DNA of 64,000 nt from Schmidtea nova (Eukaryota), in contig CM097883.1 in NCBI GenBank assembly GCA_044892505.1, positions 157,976,001-158,040,000 of the forward strand, read 5' to 3'. Every line of letters begins with the position of its first letter. Positions within the stretch are counted from its first letter, which is position 1. Of this stretch, positions 56,571 to 64,000 are shown piece by piece. Both the position numbers and the translations under genes were made by a program. Under the pieces are notes generated by a model, which was not told where the DNA came from, searched no databases, and saw only the letters and a program-made list of their open reading frames with translations.

Positions 56571-57777
56571 CTAAATAAATGCTTTTGAAATTCCATACAT
56601 TCTGAAGTCAGTCCGGCCCATGAGCTGTACTGGAGAAAGTAGTCTAGGTGGATCGCTGTTTAGTTGAGACTCATCAACTGGCCAACCCATATTGCTATCT
56701 AGGTGAAGCCAACACATCCATGACCACTTCATCCCATACGTTGATGTTGGAGAACAGTGGCTTGGCCAAGGGCAAGGTTGTTATATTAATGATAATTGAT
56801 ACATAATAGTGTATTTTTATCCGGATTATATCATACAGTACATATTTTACTTATTATTCAAAGTTATAAAAGAATAATTCAGCGTATGCTCATTTATACA
56901 TCGATATCGATCTACATACCTTTACCATAATAAAAATGGTTAAAACAATACACCTAACCTGTAACTCGACTTCGCTCACATGAACATCTTTTTCACCTCA
57001 TTCAGAAAGAAATGGCAAAGTCATTTGGAAAATGTTTAGATCGTATTAGAATATATAATTAATAATTGATTTTATTTAGATGAACTTCATTTTAGTCGGA
57101 AAGATTTTCTTAAAATTCCTTTAATTCGAACGATAGTTTCGAGTATTTGAAGCTTTCAAGTGAAGTGTCTAAGAATTCACATACGATCGAAATTTATTTT
57201 GCTAAAACCTATTATTGAAAACACTACTATGTGAAAATTTGGATTTAAATTATAAGTGTATAAAAATTCTATCATTTTATAAATTTTATAAAAATTTTGA
57301 TTTAAGTATATCCAAATTTACGTTGAAAAAATAGATATTGAAAATTTTATTGTAATATGAATTTTGTATTATGAATTTTATAAAATTCTGAATTTAATTT
57401 ATTTTCAATTTATTTAGAAAAATTTATAAATATTAAAATCGGATTATTATTTTATAAAATTGGGANNNNNNNNNNNNNNNNNNNNNNNNNNNNNNNNNNN
57501 NNNNNNNNNNNNNNNNNNNNNNNNNNNNNNNNNNNNNNNNNNNNNNNNNNNNNNNNNNNNNNNNNNNNNNNNNNNNNNNNNNNNNNNNNNNNNNNNNNNN
57601 NNNNNNNNNNNNNNNNNNNNNNNCCTAAAACCTGAAATAATTCATGTTATATGTGAATTAATAATATTAAAACTCGTTTTAATATTATGAATTATATAAT
57701 TTGTTTTAATATTATGTGTATATGAATAGATTTTTGAAATTGTGGTAATTTATTTATTTAATTTGATTAATCATCCA

Positions 57778-60700
57778 CACTGGTGGATTTAAGGGGGGCA
57801 CCGTGGGCTAGTGACCTCCCCTGAAAACTGAGATACTAAATTATATTAGTATACAACATTAAATGTTGAAATTTTCATATATGTACTTTTCATTTTTTAT
57901 GAAATTTTCATATACTTTTCATTACAGTTTTCGGATATTTTCAATATTATTTTAATGATAAACAATACGATTTCCAATTTCCATTAAGTTTCGCCTTTTC
58001 CTTAAAAAATAGTAACGAGATAACACACCGAAAAGTTGTTTATAGGGAGAAAGTGGCTGTTAAGTTATTGACAAGTTGACATTTCATTGACATACATTTA
58101 TTATTATGCATATTATGGTGTAATTCAAATTGAATTAATTGTACTCGTTGTAATTCAATATTCAAATTGGATTTAGCATTTTAAAAGTAGTTCAGGGATT
58201 CAAATTGTATTTATCAGATTAAAGGTATTTCGTATTTATATATATTTTCAAATTAATACTATTTTTTTCTAAAAGTTTTTTTTATCAAAAAAATCAAGTT
58301 AACCAGCCAACAGAATGTCAAAACGACCAAACAAAACACTACACTATTATTTTTCAAAAAAAAGTAATATAGAGAGTAAGTCAAATTCAAAAAATGGTGA
58401 ATCTACTAATGCTGTTGATGAAAATGATTGTAGTAACAGTAACATCGGAATACAAATCCAAACGAATTGTGAAAGACTTAATGAATCAGAAAGTAGCAAT
58501 ATGCAAATCAATTATGAACTTATTTGTGATGATATTGGTTCGTTTAATGCAAAAAATATTAGTGATGATAAACAAAAATATGATTTACTTGTAAATCATT
58601 GGGTACCGGAAGATGATTTCGAATCTCCTTTTTCCGAAAGTAACCAAAACGGAAAAACAAAAATCGATTTAAAAAAAATCTCACTTGAATGCGTTTAAAC
58701 CTTGGTTGGTGCTGTCTAAATCAAAAATGGGATTATTCTGTGTATACTGTGCTATTTTTGCACCTGAGGAAGTTCAGAGAAATTCTTTGAATATTCTTGT
58801 AAGAAAGCCGTTAACTAATTTTAAAAGACTCTTAGAAGAGAAAAATGACATATTAAATAATCATGTTAAAGCCGGTTATCATAAAACGTCAATGCTATCT
58901 GGACAATCTTTCATAGATAATTATATCGCTCCAACAAGAAAGATTTGTAATATAATTGATTCAGTCAGAGTTCGCCAAATAAAAGAAAATCGTAATATAT
59001 TAAAAAAATGGTTGAAACTGTGATTTTATTGGGTCGCCAAAACATTTAATTTCGAGGACATCGTGATGATGGTTCAATATTTCAAAATAATGAATTTGAT
59101 ACAGAAAAAATTAGTATTCACAATATTGGAAATTTTAAATCAATACTCAAGTATAGAGTAGATTGTGGTGATGAAAATTTGAAATCTCACCTTGAAAGTC
59201 AGCAAACAAATGCATTATACATTTCCAAAACCATTCAAAATGATTTAATTAAGTGTTTTGGCGAGGAACTATCATATTTTATTATCGAAAAAGTTAAAAA
59301 ATCAAAATATTATTCAATATTATTCGATGAAACAACAGATATTTCGAATATCTCACAAATGAGTTTGATAATTCGTTATATACATGATGGTTTTGTTCAC
59401 GAAGATTTTATTTGTTTCATTGATTTATATTCATTAATATATTCACTTGAAAGTCAAAATGTTGAACCAGTACTATTCGGCGAAAAAATTGGTGAAGTTG
59501 TATGTGATATTATCACTACCAAATTATCTTTAGATTTGTCGAATTGTGTTTCCATCGGAACTGATGGATGTAGCGTGATGAGTTCCAAGAAACGTGGAGC
59601 TGTAGCTTACATTCAAAGGTATGCAAAAAATTACATATGGGCTCCGTGTTTCAACCACAGTTTAAACTTAACTATAAGCCGAGTCAATGAAATACCAGCA
59701 ATCCGAAATTGCTTCGGCAAAATATCGGAAGTAGTAAATTTCATTAATGGGTCATCCAAACGTAGTTTTATAGTAAAGAAAATTATGAATCATAAATTAA
59801 AGCCATTATGTGATACTCGGTGGAATGAACGCCACGAAAGCGTAAAATTGTTCTTAAATGAAATATTAAAAATTTGTGAAATTTTATGTATAATTAGTAA
59901 TTGGGAAGACCAAACTGCTTCTACGAAAGCTGATTTACTTTCAAATGGAATTTTATGCACGGAGTTTATAGTTTCACTACGTTGTGTAGTTTTTTTTTCT
60001 TATACATATCCGTTGAGCATTTCTTTTTCAAAGAAAAACTTATAATTATTTTGATGTTTCCGAAAATATTAAAAGTCTAATAAATATTTTGACAGAAAAA
60101 AGAAATGATGTTGATAAAATTTTCGATGATATTTGGAAGGACATAGAAAGTACAGCAATTAAAATTGATATTGAGTTAATTAAGCCGAGAATTTCTAAAA
60201 TACAGCAACATCGCAATAATTACGAGACGGATTCTGTTAAAGAATTCTACAAAATTTCAATTTTTATACCAATGGTGGACGAAATATTAGTTGATATAAA
60301 AATAAGGTTCAACTCCTCATGTGTTCAAATTTTGGACTGCGCGCTGCTTATGCCAAAAAACATTGTAGACATCAATCATTTTAATAGGCTTATTGAATCC
60401 GAATACATTTTAAAATTATGTGTATGTGGCAACAAACACATTGCTGCTCAAATTGAACTGTGGAGAAATAAATTGCTGCAGAAATCGGCCAATGAACTGG
60501 ATGACGTTACTATAAATGATATTTTAAAAAACGAAAATATTCTAGACATATTTCCTGATGTATTGAACTTACTGAAGATTTTTTTTACTATTCCTATTTC
60601 TGTCGCCACAGCAGAGCGAGGTTTTTCTATGTTGCGAAGACTGAAAACCTGGTTGAGAAATTCTATGGGATAAGATCGCTTAACTGGCTTAGCTCTTTTA

Positions 60701-60903
60701 CATAGTCATCACGACATTACAGTTTCTATTGAAAAAGTTATTGACAGATTCTCAATGATGAAAAATAGGCGAAAACAGTTTTTATTGTAAAAAATTTTTC
60801 TTTTTGTATTTTATTAATTTACAAATACATACTTAAAATAATAATATAAATATTTTTTTTTGTAAAGTGCCCCTCCCATAAATTATTTCTAGATCCGCCT
60901 ATG
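57778..60903 (+). mobile_element. hAT transposon with frameshifted transposase (58315-~60790)
   Basis: Perfect 8-bp TSD ATCATCCA (57770-57777 / 60904-60911); imperfect TIRs; FCVYCAIF, YSILFDETTD, WAPCFNHSLNL, DTRWNER, SVATAERGFSMLRRLK. Confidence 0.92.
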
Positions 60904-60920
60904 ATCATCCATAGATATAA

Positions 60921-63900
60921 CATGGCGTCACGAACAGTTATGTTTGACAATTCATTTGTCAAAACTCTTTTGGCACAAGAAATAGATGGATCCCTATATC
61001 TATACACAAGGAAGTGTAAAAGAGATGTGACGACACATCTCGAGAATATAACATCCTTTTTGGCGATATTCGAGATGGAAGAGACATACAAAGTTCGATT
61101 ATTAAGAAGATATTTCGATCCAGAAATTTTATTCGAAGTAAAATCAAAAAGTACATATGGCGAAGAAAGCAACACAGTAGAGTGCTACACAAAAACAATA
61201 ACAGAAATGTCCCCTTTAAAAGAGTCAAGAGCCAAGAAGGTTAAAGTTTTCCTCTCGACCAAACAGGACGAAGGAGAGACGATAGTAGATTTCAGTAGAC
61301 GGGTAAAAAGAGCGACGAAAGACACAAAAGAAGATCGAAACAGAATAGAATTAATGATCTTTAGAGAAGGTTTAAAAAGTGAAATCATGAGAAATACATT
61401 GAAAATATTGCGGCCCAAAACCATAGAAGAAGCTGTCGAACTAATAAAGGAAGAAGATGACCAGAAAGAAATAATACCAGAATACAGATTATCACAACTA
61501 CGAGAAGAGAGCTATATTGCATGGAGAGACGGGAAAGGAATTAATCAAGCGAAAGGAAACAACAACGGTAGACAAATGCGGGTAGATAAAAATGTCACAT
61601 TGGAGTTACAAGAATTTAGAGAAGAGATTAAGAGACTTCAGGAAATTATAAAAAATTTAAAAGAACCGAATAACCAAGATAGAAGTAGAAAAGACTTCCA
61701 CAATGGACAACAAGTGGAATGTTACAATTGCGGCAAAACTGGTCATATTGCACGTTTCTCAGAAGAAAAGAAGAACGAAAGATGCTTTTGATACAAGAAA
61801 ACAGGACATTTATTGAGAAATTGCCGAGAGTATCGAGAAATGGTAACATATTTTAATTGTAATAAAAAGGGACACATAAGTAGAGAATTCCCAAACAAGA
61901 GGGACGATTATAGAAGAGGATGACAATTAGAAGGAGTATCCGTACAAAGGACAAGTTCAGATAGCGAATACGAAGAAGACGACCAATCAGAACGAATTAT
62001 GAAAGCGATTACACAAAAAGAAAAGAAGACAAAGAAAAGTAAGCTAACAATGGAAGAGAAGTGGGCACAGTTTATCGGAGGTAATGGCGACAAACCAAAG
62101 GAAAAAAATATTAAAAAAGCCACAACAATAATATCGCAAAGACGATTGGAAACGGCAGCCAACAAGCCAATTATTTGTTGCAAAATCCAAGGAGAAGAAG
62201 TTAAAGCTCTATTCGATACTGGAGCAGATCTGAATGTCATTAGCGAGGAACTGGCAAAGAAAATAATACAACAAGATTTGACAATAGAAGTCAAGGATTC
62301 AAACTTTAGAGTAGCGTATGCAGATGAAAGTAAAGGAAAAAGCAGAGGACAATTAGTATTATCACTGAGTTTGGGTCCAAGGATGACCGAACACAAATTC
62401 GAAACAATAAATGGGCTATTCCCACATGCGTATATCGGACTCAGATGCATGAAAGAACTGGGAGTAATAATGAAACCGGCAGAAGACTGTATCGAGGTAA
62501 AGGGTATTCAAATTCCATTTCTATCCAAAACATTAATACCATCGTCTTTAAACTGTTAAAGACCACTCCAAGGCGTCCAGGAATGGGAAGACTAGTTAAA
62601 GGGACGGAAGAAGAAACGAGAAAAGTAGTGGTAGCAGAAAATGTGACATTGAAAGGAGAGGGAGAGTATTGGATCAAAGGGATGATAGTAAATAAGGAGA
62701 ACGAGAGGATAAATGAAGACGTAACTAATTGTTTATTTACAGGAAACAAGAGCAAGATGGAGGAAAGAGGTATACTGGTAGCAGACGGACTAGCAACATG
62801 TTCCGAGGGATTGGTTTGGGTCCGAATTAATATGCAGGAAGGAGGAGTGAAAAGTCTACATACAGGAAGGAGAAGCGGAAGAATGGACGGACAATAAGGG
62901 GGAAAATAACACGTTGATGAAATTGTCAACAATAGACCAAAACAAAGAAAAGAGAAGTATAGACAAAATTGTGAAAGAGTTGATAAACAAGCTAGACGAT
63001 AGATTAACAATAACAGAAAAACAGAAGATTACACAAATTTTTTGGCGGAACAAAGATGTATTCAGTAGTTACAAAATGGATATTGGAAAGACAAATGTGG
63101 AGCAACACACTATAGAAACGGGGAAAACAACACCGATGGCATTCAAACATAGAAGGATACCAAGGGGATTGGAGGAAGATGTGAGAAGATACATTACAGA
63201 ATTGGAAGAAGCGGGAATAATTAGAGAAAGCAATTCACCATGGAACTTTCCCATAGTGGTAACTAAAAAAAGAATGGGGACATGAGAATGTGCATCGACT
63301 ACAGAGCTTTAAATGCAAAAACAGAAAGAGCAATATTTCCAATACCATCAGCAAATGAAGTCTTTGAAACGATCGGAAACGCAAAATTCTTTTCCTTATT
63401 AGATATGTCCAGTGGATACTATCAAATTCCAATCGCAGAAGAGGATATAAAGAAAACAGCATTCAGCACGAGATTCGGCCAATACGAGTTCACAAGAATG
63501 CCATTTGGATTATGTGCCACACCATCAACATTTCAAAGAATAATAAACGTTGTCTTAAGAGGAGAGAACTGGACTAACTGTGTGATATATTTAGACGATA
63601 TTCTGGTATTTGGAAAAACAATTGAAGAACACAACGAAAGATTAGATAGAGTACTACAAAAGATGAGAGAGCGGGACTAAAATTATCCCCGGAGAAATGC
63701 CACTTACTTAAAACGAGGTAAGATATTTGGACACATTATAAACGAAAAAGGAGTACAGACAGACCCAGACAAATGCAAAGCGATAAGAGAATATAAGAAA
63801 CCAATGTGTCATAAAGATCTAAGGACATTTCTAGGGATGACGAGATATTACAGAAACTTCAATAAAGGCTACGCTAAGACGACAGAACCTTTAAACGAAA

Positions 63901-64000
63901 TGCTTAGAACAGAAAACAAATTTAAATGGACGGAGGAAAGACAAGGATCGTTCGAGAGATTAAGACAGGCTTTACTATCACCGCCAATATTAGCATTACC
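60921..64000 (+). mobile_element. Decayed Ty3/Gypsy retrotransposon: gag with zinc knuckles, protease, RT, start of RNase H; runs off the window
   Basis: CYNCGKTGHIARF; ALFDTGADLNVI; SPWNFPIVV, CIDYRALN, DMSSGYYQI, RMPFGL, YLDDILV; several frameshifts. Confidence 0.9.

Noticed and set aside
60921-64000. Right-hand Gypsy as the pol-donating helper of the giant element
   Set aside because: Gag is dissimilar, no shared LTR or PBS is visible, and this copy is frameshifted; proximity alone is not evidence

Overview
AT-rich animal genomic DNA; flatworm-like is my inference only. Five N-gaps lie at 30749-30884, 33459-33621, 34924-35097, 35210-35362 and 57466-57623. The main object is a giant, recently inserted LTR element at <1-23132. 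Its 3' LTR (20297-23132, 2836 bp, TGTTGG...CCAACA) is almost identical to the part of the 5' LTR visible at 1-963, and a tRNA-Pro PBS follows at 973-990, so the whole element is about 25 kb. The entire gap-free internal region is visible and I find no reverse transcriptase, RNase H or integrase in it. It carries one intact ~4,100-codon polyprotein in the order Gag (CA + 3 zinc knuckles), up to 4 ubiquitin-like domains, AT-hook, Bcl-2-like domain, signal peptide + chuvirus-type class III fusion glycoprotein, aspartic protease, ankyrin repeats, and a Cys-conserved FN3-like membrane protein. It also has separate intronless ORFs: an IAP-type RING, a full-length TRAF, two coiled-coil proteins, a small type I membrane protein and an LTR-encoded basic protein. 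Almost all of these ATGs sit directly behind a splice acceptor, and the LTR holds two families of covarying hairpins. It looks like an enveloped, pol-less (helper-dependent) retrovirus-like element carrying apoptosis/innate-immunity modulators. It is inserted into a decayed hAT transposon. The rest of the window is a host C1GALT1-like gene (5 exons, minus strand, 46540-24912) with transposons in and around its introns: decayed Ty3/Gypsy elements, a near-intact mariner, hAT elements and MITEs, and a solo LTR.
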